64,000 nt of DNA from contig NC_043000.1 of the NCBI RefSeq assembly GCF_006345805.1, forward strand, positions 92,752,001-92,816,000. Direction: 5' to 3'. The number at the start of each line of letters is the position of its first letter. Positions within the stretch are counted from its first letter, which is position 1. Under the pieces are notes generated by a model, which worked only from the letters and a program-made list of their open reading frames with translations, was not told where the DNA came from and did no database searches. This document shows, one piece after another, positions 1 through 11,425 of this stretch. A program made the position numbers and the translations under genes. The stretch comes from Octopus sinensis (lineage: Eukaryota).

Positions 1-50
1 CATCATCTATACTAAGTTCTAGTAGAACAGTATCTATATATAAATATATA

Positions 51-267
51 AAAGAAGGTGCTGTAAAGTTCCTAGCTTCAAGGGTATTATGAAAGGCCTG
101 GCTGGAGGCCCAGCCTTCTGAGTTCTTTTGCAGGGCTTAGAAAAACTGAAGGACCACTGCAATAAGTGTGTAAATCTGAGAGGAGAATATGTTGACTAAA
201 ATCATAATAAACTGATCTTCCTGTATTTTCTTTAACCCAGAGCCAAGGACTTTTCAACCCTGCCTTA
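51..267 (+). mobile_element. mariner-derived MITE
   Basis: TIR-like ends (ggtgctgtaaagttcctagct / agccaaggacttttcaaccc). Internal GLEKLKDHCNKCVNLRGEYVD* resembles a mariner transposase C-terminus. An inverted copy lies at 2636-2860. Confidence 0.6.
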
Positions 268-1037
268 TAGATGCACAACTGAGTCTTTGCACCAATTTCC
301 TTCCCCTTCCAGATACCTACATCCCCTAACATCATCTCTCTCTCTCTCTCTCTCTCTTGTCCTTCTCCTGTCTACTGTTTCATTGTTACTATTCTGCTGT
401 TTCACACTTTCAGTCACCTCCTACTCCTTTCCCTACTACTAGTCCTTTGGCTCCCCTCATCTCTACCCATTTTGTACCTAGAAAATCCACTCTGACACTT
501 CATCACCTTTGCATTTTTCATTGCTCCATTTGATCACCCCATCCTCTCTTCAAAAATGGGAGTAGTTTTGTAGCTACTCTACAATACAAAATTTGTTCAG
601 TTCTAGCCCCTTTGCTTCTATCTTTACTCCTCTCTTACTCTAGGTCTCCTAGCATAAAGGTGACCATTCCTATTTAGGGCTTGTAATCTCGCAAAAAACA
701 AGGCAACCTCACTTGTACTGGTAGCATGAAAAGCAATCACCCAAGCACAATGCAGTCCTTGGGCCCATAGAATCTTGTCAAATCATCCAATCAAGCCAGT
801 ATGGAACACAGAAGCTACATGAGGACAATGACACACACACACAAATTTAATGCACAATATATGGATTTAAGAAATCCAGTGGTACTCATAAAAAAGCTGC
901 TTTAATGGATCAGGCTACAAACCACTTAGCAAACCACAACAAAACTAAGGCTGCAAAACAATCATAGTTGTATGGATGTCAATTGGTGAAATAAACTTTT
1001 CCATCTTATACCTCCTCTCTATCCTTATATTATTTTG

Positions 1038-1071
<34 letters not shown>

Positions 1072-1228
1072 ATATACATACATTTATATATATATGTGTA
1101 TGTGTGTATATATATATATATATGTATATATATATAAAATTAATTAAGGGTAGAAATTGATATTTATCAATTAAGACCAGTGGTCTAGCATATTAAAAAA
1201 GAATCCGAAGATTAAAATATTTATATAT

Positions 1229-1416
1229 ACCAATTAAGGACTGAACACGAAAAGTGGACAGTCAACATGCTAGATATAGACGTCAAATCGCCATTCACCA
1301 CAAAAGATTATGTTCTCAGATCAATCTGAGAACATAATCTTTTGTGGTGAATGGCGATTTGACGTCTATATCTAGCATGTTGACTGTCCACTTTTCGTGT
1401 TCAGTCCTTAATTGGT
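1229..1416. repeat. perfect palindrome, 93-bp arms, 2-nt centre, at a (TA)n tract
   Basis: 1229-1321 is the exact reverse complement of 1324-1416 by direct comparison. Confidence 0.97.
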
Positions 1417-1440
1417 GTATATATATATATATAGGGTAGA

Positions 1441-1736
1441 GTTAAGATACCCTTTGGTCATGAGTGTCTTGGGATTGTACCTAGACAGTCCGCCTCCAAA
1501 GTACAAGTCCAGGCAAAGTTGTTTATGGAAGACCAGCAGTCACCCATGCATACCAGCCTCCTTTCTCCATACCACCAATGTTATTCAATGGAAAGGTGAA
1601 GGCTGAAACAGCTTGGAACCAGTGACATTGCAGCTCATTTCTATAGCTGAGTGAACTGGAACAATGTGAAATAAAATGTCTTGCTAATGAACAAGACACA
1701 CAGCCCGGTCTGGGAATTGAATTCACTACATCATGG

Positions 1737-1816
<80 letters not shown>

Positions 1817-1903
1817 CATTTATATATATATGTGTATGTGTATTCAATTTCCATTGAATACCCTATATGTGTCGTGAGCCCAGCACTCTAATCACTGAGC
1901 CAT
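1441..1903 (-). mobile_element. tRNA-derived SINE (family C), interrupted by (TA)n
   Basis: Matches the copy at 45899-46235. Minus-strand head carries A/B-box-like tggctcagtg..tagagtg and gtgaattcaattcc. Confidence 0.7.
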
Positions 1904-1993
1904 TAATACATATATGTTTGTGTGTGTGTGTAATATATATATATATGTATATTTTATCGTACATATATATATATATGTATATTTTATCTCTAA

Positions 1994-2029
<36 letters not shown>

Positions 2030-2411
2030 GCATACATGCATACACCCACGTACACAAAAACCATGCACACACACACACGTATATGACAGGGTCATTTCAA
2101 GTTCTATTAACTAACCAAATTTGCACACAAGGCTTTGTATTGCATGTATTTTCCAATAAAAAACACAAGACACTGACTTGTGAAAGTCTTCAGTTTGAAT
2201 AAATGGAAATTAATTGATATGTGCATTAGAGATCTCTTCCGTCACATTTGGGCAGGCATGGTGCTGGTGCTGATTTCAAGACAAAATTACTGGCTTCTAA
2301 AATAATTTTAGATTTGAGAAACAGAAAAAAAAGATTATAAAAAAAATGATAATGTTAAGCTTTTCAGGTGTTATAAAATTTCTTGTGGTTTTGTTGTTAC
2401 AACAATCCATG

Positions 2412-2601
2412 TACTCTTTTATCTCTATCAGTTATTTGACAGTGGCTATACTGGAGCACCGTCTTTAGTCAAACAAATCGACCCTAGGACTTATTCTTTG
2501 TAAGCCTTGTACTTATTCTATCGGTCTCTTTTGCTGAACCACTAAGTAAACACAACCAGCATCGGTTGTCAAGCAATGGTGGGGAGGCAAACAAACACAT
2601 A

Positions 2602-2633
<32 letters not shown>
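2412..2633 (-). mobile_element. SINE family A, 3' half
   Basis: Shares ctggagcaccg..tttagtc..aaatcgacc..aggacttattctttgtaagcc with the full copies (6638, 58211, 61228). Confidence 0.8.
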
Positions 2634-2635
<2 letters not shown>

Positions 2636-2860
2636 TGAGGTGGTGCTGAAAAGTTCCTGGCTTTTGGGTAAATAGTAATACAGGAGGATCAGTCAATTAT
2701 TATTTTATCCAACATATTTCCCTCTCAGATTCACACACTTATTGCAGTATTCCTTAAGTTTTCCTAAGCCCTGTAAATGAACTCAGAAGGTTGAGCCTCC
2801 AGCCAGGCCTTTTGAGATACCCTTAAAACCAGGAATTTTTCAGTCCCCCTCTCACCTCAT
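2636..2860 (-). mobile_element. mariner-derived MITE (second copy)
   Basis: Reverse-complement homologue of 51-267; ends ggtgctgaaaagttcctggct / accaggaatttttcagtccc. Confidence 0.6.
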
Positions 2861-3344
2861 AATATACTAGTTGTGATCTGATTCTTTCAAATGGTCTTAT
2901 CTATGAAGAAAATAATAAAGAGATCAATTATTGTATGAAATGCTAAATACATTGAAATAGTAAATAGACTAAGAAGTTTATTAATTTGTATCTGACAAAA
3001 ATGGGGTTTGCCCATTTAATGTTGCCAATCTGATCATTAATGTTTACTTAATTCAAAGTGTATTGAATCTCTGTTCATCCTTCACCCTTTTGGCACCAAT
3101 CTGTCGAAAACCACCCTTCATTCAATGAAACAAACTTCTTGTGTCAAAGTGACCTTAATTAAAATTTTGCACCAAAATTTCATGTTAATTTATGACACAG
3201 ACACCAGCTTAATAATAACTAAATTATTTTATTAAACTTTCCAGCAGGCAGAATAGCTAGCTTGTGGGTCAAAAGGCTTAGCTGCATTTTGTCTGGCTCT
3301 TGAAGTTTTGAGTTCAAATTCCTCTGAGGGGTGGCCTTTCATTC

Positions 3345-3542
3345 TTAACCCTTTTGTTACCATTTTTCTTTTGAGATGTTCTGTATTTCTTTCAATTAAT
3401 TTTAAATATAACTTAGTTATCATTAAGCTAGTGTTAGGAACATAAATTGGGACTAAGGTTTGGTGGAAGATTTTAATTCAGAACTTATGAAAACAAGACT
3501 TTTGTACTATAGAGCCAGCTGGGTTGGCATCAAAAGGGTTAA
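3345..3542. mobile_element. piggyBac-type MITE (TTAA-CCCTTT...AAAGGG-TTAA), copy 1
   Basis: TTAA at both ends and CCCTTT/AAAGGG terminal inverted repeats; four copies in the window. Confidence 0.8.
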
Positions 3543-3699
3543 AAGGACAATTAAATAAGTACCTGCTGAACACTGAAATCGATGTAACCAGCATACCTCC
3601 CCTGCTAAAATTTCTGGGATTTGTATCAAAATCTGAAAATCAGTATTTTCAAAATTGTTTGAAACATGAGCAAACAGTATGATGGTCCCTATCTGAAAG

Positions 3700-3881
3700 T
3701 TTTGGTTTTTTTCCAGATTTTGTTTCGACAAGGAGGTTTTTTCCTCTTTCTCAACGGCTGTCATTATTTTTGAGACAGTACTTCTTGATACACCAAACAT
3801 TTTGGCTGTTTTCATTATGCTAGCACCTGCCATACAAGCACCAACAATTCGACCTATTTGAAAGTTTGATAGATCTGTCAT
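3700..3881 (-). pseudogene. Tc1-like transposase N-terminal (paired-like HTH) fragment
   Basis: MTDLSNFQIGRIVGACMAGASIMKTAKMFGVSRSTVSKIM resembles a Tc1 N-terminus; no DDE domain follows. Confidence 0.7.
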
Positions 3882-4267
3882 TTTAATGAATTTTAAGAGC
3901 TTAAGTTTCAATAGCAAGTTAAATGCATATGCTAAAAAAATATACAGGAAATATATGAATCCTGCCTAGAGAATGTAGTGCAGTGATTTAGTAATCATGC
4001 CCATAGAATTATGAAAGCTGGGCCATAAGGATGATTGAGATTCAGGAAATGATTAGCTTTTATCATGGACATTTTCTTTTTTATCTTTTACTCAGGACAC
4101 TACCCAAAATCATTTATTTACAGGAGGGGTTCTCATCAGGTGTCCACATGACCTTTAGGGATCCATACAAGATTTAGTTACTGAAAATGTATGTGCAATA
4201 AATCAGTTATACTTCTACAATACACAAAACATTTTAACAATTTTTTTAATACAATTCCTAATAATAT

Positions 4268-4483
4268 TTAACCCTTTTGTTACTCTATTTATTTTGAGAT
4301 GCTCTGTGTTTCTTCCAATCATTTTAAATATAACTAAGAATTTAGTAAAATAACATCGCTATCATTGAGCTAGTGTTAGGAACATAATTGGGACTAAGGT
4401 TTGGTGGAAGATTTTAATTCAGAACTTATGAAAACAAGACTTTTGTACTATAGAGCCAGCTGGGTTGGCATCAAAAGGGTTAA
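4268..4483. mobile_element. piggyBac-type MITE, chimeric copy 2
   Basis: TTAA/CCCTTT ends. The left half matches copy 3 and the right half matches copy 1. Confidence 0.8.
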
Positions 4484-4640
4484 AAGGACAATTAAATAAG
4501 TACCTGCTGAACACTGAAATCGATGTAACCAGCATACCTCCCCTGCTAAAATTTCTGGGATTTGTATCAAAATCTGAAAATCAGTATTTTCAAAATTGTT
4601 TGAAACATGAGCAAACAGTATGATGGTCCCTATCTGAAAG

Positions 4641-4822
4641 TTTTGGTTTTTTTCCAGATTTTGTTTCGACAAGGAGGTTTTTTCCTCTTTCTCAACGGCT
4701 GTCATTATTTTTGAGACAGTACTTCTTGATACACCAAACATTTTGGCTGTTTTCATTATGCTAGCACCTGCCATACAAGCACCAACAATTCGACCTATTT
4801 GAAAGTTTGATAGATCTGTCAT
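4641..4822 (-). pseudogene. Tc1-like transposase fragment (duplicate)
   Basis: Same translation as 3700-3881. Confidence 0.7.
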
Positions 4823-5061
4823 TTTAATGAATTTTAAGAGCTTAAGTTTCAATAGCAAGTTAAATGCATATGCTAAAAAAATATACAGGAAATATATGAA
4901 TCCTGCCTAGAGAATGTAGTGCAGTGATTTAGTAATCATGCCCATAGAATTATGAAAGCTGGGCCATAAGGATGATTGAGATTCAGGAAATGATTAGCTT
5001 TTATCATGGACATTTTCTTTTTTATCTTTTACTCAGGACACTACCCAAAATCATTTATTTA

Positions 5062-5538
5062 CAGGAGGGGTTCTCATCAGGTGTCCACATGACCTTAGGG
5101 ATCCATACAAGATTTAGTTACTGAAAATGTATGTGCAATAAATCAGTTATACTTCTACAATACACAAAACATTTTAACAATTTTTTTAATACAATTCCTA
5201 ATAATATTTAACCCTTTTGTTACTCTATTTATTTTGAGATGCTCTGTGTTTCTTCCAATCATTTTAAATATAACTAAGAATTTAGTAAAATAACATCGCT
5301 ATCATTGAGCTAGTGTTAGGAACATAAATTGTGACTAAGATTTCGTGGAAGATTTGAATTCAAAACTTATGAAAACAAGATATTTATACTAAAGAACCAG
5401 AGCTGGTTTCAGCCGGGTTGGTAACGAAAGGGTTAATCATAAAAATATGAGATTTTTTTTTTAAACAACAAATGGTTATCATCAGATTAAAATAGGAACC
5501 AAATGGATCCATAGGCAAAAAATGGTTGAGAACCATTG
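5062..5538. mobile_element. possible hAT-type MITE with the piggyBac MITE nested inside
   Basis: cagg..ggttctca (5062) and ggttgagaaccattg (5524-5538) resemble Charlie-type hAT ends; no 8-bp TSD found. Confidence 0.35.
5208..5436. mobile_element. piggyBac-type MITE, copy 3
   Basis: TTAA-CCCTTT...AAAGGG-TTAA. Confidence 0.8.
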
Positions 5539-5726
5539 CTATACAGGGTCTCCTAAGTTGATGGGGGTAGAGGGAGGAAGGTATCTTGGAGCTAGAAACT
5601 TGATCCAAATGCTTGTGACAGAGGAGAGTCTGCTAAAGATGCTTAAAGTATCTGGTTGTGCTCTGAAACTGGGCAGCGAAAGCCATCATCAAAGTAAGGC
5701 ATGGTGTTATCTGAACCACAGAATTT

Positions 5727-5932
5727 ATTCTTTCACTTGTTTCAGTCAATTGACTGCGGCCAGGCTGGAGCACCGCCTTTAGTCAAACAAATTGACTCCA
5801 GGACTTATTCTTTGTAAGCCTAGTACTTATTCTATTGGTCTCTTTTACCAAACCACTAGGTTACAGGGATGTAAACACACCAACAAGTTGTCAAGTGATG
5901 GTGGGGGACAAACACACACACATATATACATA
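5727..5932 (-). mobile_element. SINE family A, 3' half
   Basis: Homology to the full family-A copies. Confidence 0.8.
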
Positions 5933-6005
5933 CCCCTTTTTTTTCAAAATGTGACCTCGTGTGTACCATTGGCGATTTTTTTTCCTCTATCTTCCCTTCT
6001 CCTAT

Positions 6006-6040
6006 GTTTCCGACGAAGAGCTCCGCTCGAAACGTTAATC
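6006..6040 (+). ncRNA. minimal type I hammerhead-like motif (core variant CCGACGA) in a ~170-bp element ending at (TA)n
   Basis: gttt-CCGACGA-A-GAGC-tcc-GCTC-GAAA-CGTT-aatc. Helix II is perfect, helix III is palindromic ACGT, helix I pairs 3/4, and U4 is C. Confidence 0.55.
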
Positions 6041-6164
6041 CCTCCTTCTTTCCTTCTATCCTGAGCGTCCAATAATACTATATTTGTTCCACGTCCTCAC
6101 GTTGTTGTGTTTTTTTTGTGCTTTCTTGTTTGGATTAACTTTATATATATATATATATACATTA

Positions 6165-6305
6165 GGCATGACTGTGTGGTTAGGAAGCTTGCATCCCAGC
6201 TACATGGTTTCATGTTGAGCCCCACAGTGTGGAACCTTGGGCAAGTGTCTTCTGCTATAGTCACAGGCCAACCAAAGCTTTGTAAGTGAATTTGGTAGGC
6301 AGAAT
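6165..6305 (+). mobile_element. SINE family A, head fragment
   Basis: Diverged ggc..gactgtgtggt..agcttgc..cttgggcaagtgtcttctgctatag head. Confidence 0.65.
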
Positions 6306-6404
6306 TTACTGCCATATGTATAAGTGCTTGTGCTTCTCCAAGAGAGAGGGGGAAAATATATATATAGTTTTATATATACAAATATATATGTGTGTGTGTG
6401 TGTG

Positions 6405-6560
6405 TATGACAGGCTTCTTTCAGTTTCCTTCTACCAAATCCACTCACAAGACTTGTGTCATCCCAAAGCTATAGTAGAAGACACTTGTCCAAGGTGCCAT
6501 GTAGTGGGACTGAACCCAGAACCATGTGGTTGGGAGGTAAGCATCTTACCACACAGCCAA
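6405..6560 (-). mobile_element. SINE family A, head fragment
   Basis: Reverse complement of the family-A head. Confidence 0.75.
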
Positions 6561-6637
6561 AAGAACAAAAGGCAAAGTTAACCTTCATAAAATTTGATTT
6601 GAACTTGCAGCACAGAAAACCAGAACAAATACCACAT

Positions 6638-7048
6638 AGGTGCAGGAGTGGCTGTGTGGTAAGTAGCTTGTTTACCAACCACATGGTTCCGGGCTCAGTC
6701 CCACTGCATGGCATCTTGGGCAAGTGTCTTCTACTATAGGCTCGGGCCAACCAAAACTTTGTGAGTGGATTTGGTAGACGGAAACTGAAAGAAGCCCATC
6801 GTATATATGTATATATATATATGTGTGTATGTTTGTGTGTCTGTGTTTGCCTCCCTAGCATTGCTTGACAACCGATGCTGGTGTGTTTACATCGTCGTCA
6901 CTTAGTGGTTCGGCAAAATAGACCGATAGAATAAGTACTGGGCTTACAAAAAAATAAGTCCCGGGGTCGATATGCTCGACTAAAGGTGGTGCTCCAGCAT
7001 GGCTGCAGTCAAATGACTGAAACCAGTAAAAGAGAAAAGAGAAAGAGA
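6638..7048 (+). mobile_element. SINE family A, full length (tRNA-derived head, central TA/TG microsatellite, AAAAG tail)
   Basis: A-box-like tggctgtgtggt and B-box-like gggctcagtccc; more than ten homologues in the window. Confidence 0.85.
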
Positions 7049-7724
7049 ATGAATTATGCCCAATGCTCAGACAACCCAGTTCAACACCAGAGCATCAGAG
7101 ACAAGAGAAAACAAGACCAACAACGTTTTGAGCTTCTAGTCCAGGAGCTTATCAACTCAGTCCTCTATACTGGCTTTGACTTCTTCCTTCTTTATCTTAT
7201 TCATTTTATATTTTCTGATTGGAGTTACACAAGACAAAATTGTTCAGCAGTGTCATAACAGCTCGATGGGGGGTACAGGATATACCTTATTTTTTCTGCT
7301 AATAAATTAACATACATCTTACATATAGGTTGATACTGAAGTTTGCAGTTTCTGCTGATATGTTTTCTTTTCGACTGATATCTTAACAGCTGTTATAATC
7401 TACCATGAAGATTTTTCTGAGTATCATTGAAGTAAACTTGTAATAGGATTTCAGAAAACTTATCTCTTAATAATTTTTCTTTTTTTTTTTATAGCTGTGG
7501 ATATTCTAATTTTTTCTTTTCCTTTTATTTATCATTTGTAGGTAATGGTAGTGGTAGTGGTGACGGGGGTGGGGGGGGCAGTATTATTTTTCCTGCTACG
7601 TATTTTTTGTTCATACATAAATATGTGTGTATGTATGTGTATACATGTATACACACACACACACACATATATGCATGCATGGCTGTGTATATAGGTATAC
7701 ACAATATATGTGCATGTATATGTA

Positions 7725-7780
<56 letters not shown>

Positions 7781-8228
7781 TATGTATAAATAATATATAT
7801 AGAGAGAGAAATGCATCATATATACATATATACATACACACATATGCATAGGTATATGTATATATGTGTACACACACACACACATGTAAGTATGTATAAA
7901 CTTCCATAACCCTTTTGATACAAACTTGTCCGAGACCACCCCTAAACTACGATATTTTAGTGATCTAAGCTTTCCGAGAAAATTTTGAACCAAACCCCAC
8001 TTTATTTTATTAACTTCATTGTTTCCAAACGTGAAGCAGAGGGTATTTGGTAGGCATAAACTGTATCCAACTGTAGAAACCTTGCCAGATCAGATTGGAG
8101 TCTCATGCAGCCTCCTGGCTTGCCAGTACTCGGTCAAACCATCCAACCCATGCCAGCATGGAAAGTGAATGTTAAAACAATGATGATGGTGATGATGTGT
8201 ATGTATTCATATATATATGTATGCATGA

Positions 8229-8261
<33 letters not shown>

Positions 8262-8316
8262 TGTATGTAGTACGTATGTATGTATGTATGTATGTATGTA
8301 TTTGTATATTTATTTG

Positions 8317-8347
<31 letters not shown>

Positions 8348-8528
8348 ATATATGTATGATGTATATATGTATATGTATATATAGCATGCAATTTTATTAG
8401 TGAATAGGTTGTGGCCTCAAAGCAATGAAAATATTTTGTCAAATTAAATTTAAATGCTGAAGTGAATCTAACGGTGTTGGTGTGTTTTTTAAATGGCTTA
8501 TAAACACCTCCTACACTGCAATTGCATG

Positions 8529-8566
<38 letters not shown>

Positions 8567-8696
8567 ATATATGTATGTATATATATATATATGTATATAT
8601 ATATTGTATATATATATATATATATATATAATGGTAAAAACGGTAAGATAACAAAAGAAAAAAAGAGACCTCAATATTATGTAAATAGAGGAAATT

Positions 8697-8918
8697 TATC
8701 TGTAAAATAATATGTGACTATTATACAATAGCCAAGATAAAACTCTGAGTTTCAGATGCCAAGGTGGAAATCCACAACACCATCTCTTCGGTGTATGTAT
8801 GTATATATTTATATGTATATATTTACAAATTTATTTGTCTCTCTCTTCCCCCTTGGCATCCGAAACTCAGAGTTTTATCTTGGCTATTGTATAATTGTCA
8901 CATATTATTTTACAGATA
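8697..8918. repeat. inverted repeat, 68-bp arms (2 mismatches), 86-bp spacer, near (TA)n
   Basis: 8697-8764 versus the reverse complement of 8851-8918. Confidence 0.93.
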
Positions 8919-8975
8919 TATATATAAATACATGTACGTATATACATATATATATATATATATATATACACACAT

Positions 8976-9410
8976 CATCATCCTCCTTATCATTATCGCT
9001 TAATGTCTGCTTTCCATGCTGGTATGGGTTGGATGGTTTAACAGAGGACTGGCAAGCTAGGAGGCTGCACCAGGCTTCAGGCTGATCTGGCAAGTTTTCT
9101 ACAGCTGGATACCCTTCCTAACACCAACCACTCCGAGAGTGTAGTGGGGAATTTTTACATGCTACCAGCATGGGGCTCAGTCAAGCATTACTGGCATTGA
9201 CCATGCTCGAATGGTGCTTTTTATGTGCCACTGGCACAGGAGCCAATAAGGCAGAACTGGCATCAGCCACACTCAAATGGTGCTTTTTACATGTCACCAG
9301 CATTTGAGCCAGTCAGGTGGGACTGGTAATGACCCCATCCAAGTAGTGCTTTTTACATGCCACTGTCATAGCAGCCAGTCCAGTGGGACTGGCACAGACC
9401 ACACACATAT
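8976..9410. mobile_element. SINE-like element with (CAT)n end and an internal 66-bp tandem array
   Basis: catcatc..ttaatgtctgctttccatgctgg..ggatacccttcctaacaccaacc. Shorter homologues near 8050, 21290, 36420, 48433 and 62533. Confidence 0.55.
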
Positions 9411-9812
9411 ATATAAAAGACTCTCCCATTGAAGACAATATATGTATGCTCAGTGTCTGCTGAACAACCAGTGCAAATGATTTTTTATAGTCATCAACTG
9501 TATTTGTTTTTCATTAGCTCACTCCTTCTGTCAAATTGACAATGTCTGAAAAGGTGTGAGGTGTACCACACATCAGTATTGAAGTAATTGCAGAATGATT
9601 TGAGATGGAATGTTTTGCTCAAAAACACAATGCACCACTCAGTCAAGGAATTGAAACCATGACTTTGCATTCTGGAGAGCGATACCCTAACCGCAAGGCC
9701 AAGTATCTCTCTCTCTCTCTCTCTGTATATATATATATATATGTTTACACATACATATATATGCACACACACATAAACACATACACACACACACATGTAC
9801 ATATATACATAT

Positions 9813-10003
9813 ACTTTTTATTCTTTTATTCTTCTACTTGTTTCAGTCATTTGAACCCAGGACTTATTCTTTGTAAGCCTAATGCTTATTCAATTGGTCT
9901 CTTTTGCCAAAATACTAAGTTGCAGAGATACATACATACATACATAAATACATACATACATACATACATGCATGCATGCATACATACATACATACATACA
10001 TAC

Positions 10004-10078
<75 letters not shown>

Positions 10079-10254
10079 CAGATACTCACACACACACTCA
10101 CATATATATATATATGACACACTTCTTTTAGTTTCTATCTACCAAACCCACTTACAAGGCTTTGGTCAGCCCAAGGCTATAGTAGAAGATACTTGCCCAC
10201 TCGGAAAAATGTGGTTGGGAAGCAAGCTTCTTACCACACAGAACTCTTGTGCCC
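9813..10254 (-). mobile_element. SINE family A with expanded (TACA)n(TAGA)n centre
   Basis: Family-A tail and head flank a tetranucleotide tract. Confidence 0.7.
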
Positions 10255-11005
10255 ATACATATGTATTTAAGATGAGTTTTCACAGTTTCCGATTACCAAA
10301 TACCCTCACAAGATTTTGGTCAGCTCAGCGTTGTAGTAGAAGACACTTGACCAAAGTCACGTGCAATGGGACTGAACACATGATCTTCACATGCAAACCA
10401 ATCATCTTCACCACACAGCCATGCTTGCACCGATATCCACAAAAAAATAACAAAAAAAACAAGGAACAACAAAAGCATAGGCAAAACTAAAAATGTGATG
10501 TTCATGGCTGGACCTCCTTTGATCTTAAATGTGCTCAATCAGTACTGACCTGGGGCTATATTCTAACATCAACATCAGCATCAGCTCCACATCTATATAG
10601 CTTTACAAAGAAAGTTGACTTCAGAGCCGAAGCCTTTACCACAGATTCTTCTTTGTGTTACTCACGTATTAGATCATTAATTTGATCTGTTGTTTGATTT
10701 TGTTTGTTTGTTTATGTTTTTCTAAGCATTTTATATCTATTTTCTTTCCTTGTTTTTTAATGCAATCTATCTTCTTTCACTTTCACTTTCACTTTAAGCT
10801 TTTTCCTCTTAATCTATTGTTGAAGTCTTTATTTTTCTTCCTCTCTCCATTTAATGTTTACATTATATACACCGAGTATACAAGGCCATGTGTACATGCA
10901 GTGAAGTGGCTAAGTGCATATATTCATACACACTTGAATACACACACACACATATATATATACATATATACATACAGATATGTATGTTTGTATGTATATG
11001 TGTAT

Positions 11006-11052
<47 letters not shown>

Positions 11053-11389
11053 ATGTGTGTGTCTATATCTGTATTATATATATGTATATACATGTGTTAT
11101 ATATATGTATATGTGTGTGTCTATATATGTAAACATTTATATACATATATAAATGCATTACAAATACATATATACACATCCATTATATATATTATATATA
11201 TGTACAATATATATAATGTGTATATATGTATGTGAAGCATACATATTGCAATGTGTGTATATAAGTTTCTGTATGTGTTGTATAAAGTGTAAGTATGTAT
11301 ATGTATATAGATATATACATATCTCTCTCTCTCTCTCCTATTCTTCCTCTCTCTCTCTCACTATCTATCTATCAATCAATCTATCTACT

Positions 11390-11425
<36 letters not shown>

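Larger units (their letters stand above)
3426..5307. repeat. direct tandem duplication, ~941-bp unit x2
   Basis: 3426-4367 and 4368-5307 are near-identical (identical 136-aa ORFs at 3507 and 4448). The differences I saw in the shared core are 1-bp homopolymer indels. Confidence 0.95.

Noticed and set aside
1300-1380. Hammerhead in the 1229-1416 palindrome
   Set aside because: ctgagaa breaks the C3-G8 pair and there is no GAAA.
9518-9553. Possible 36-nt exon (LTPSVKLTMSEK) with tttttcattag acceptor and aag|gtgtga donor
   Set aside because: Too short to recognise, weak donor, and no partner exons identified; needs RNA-seq.
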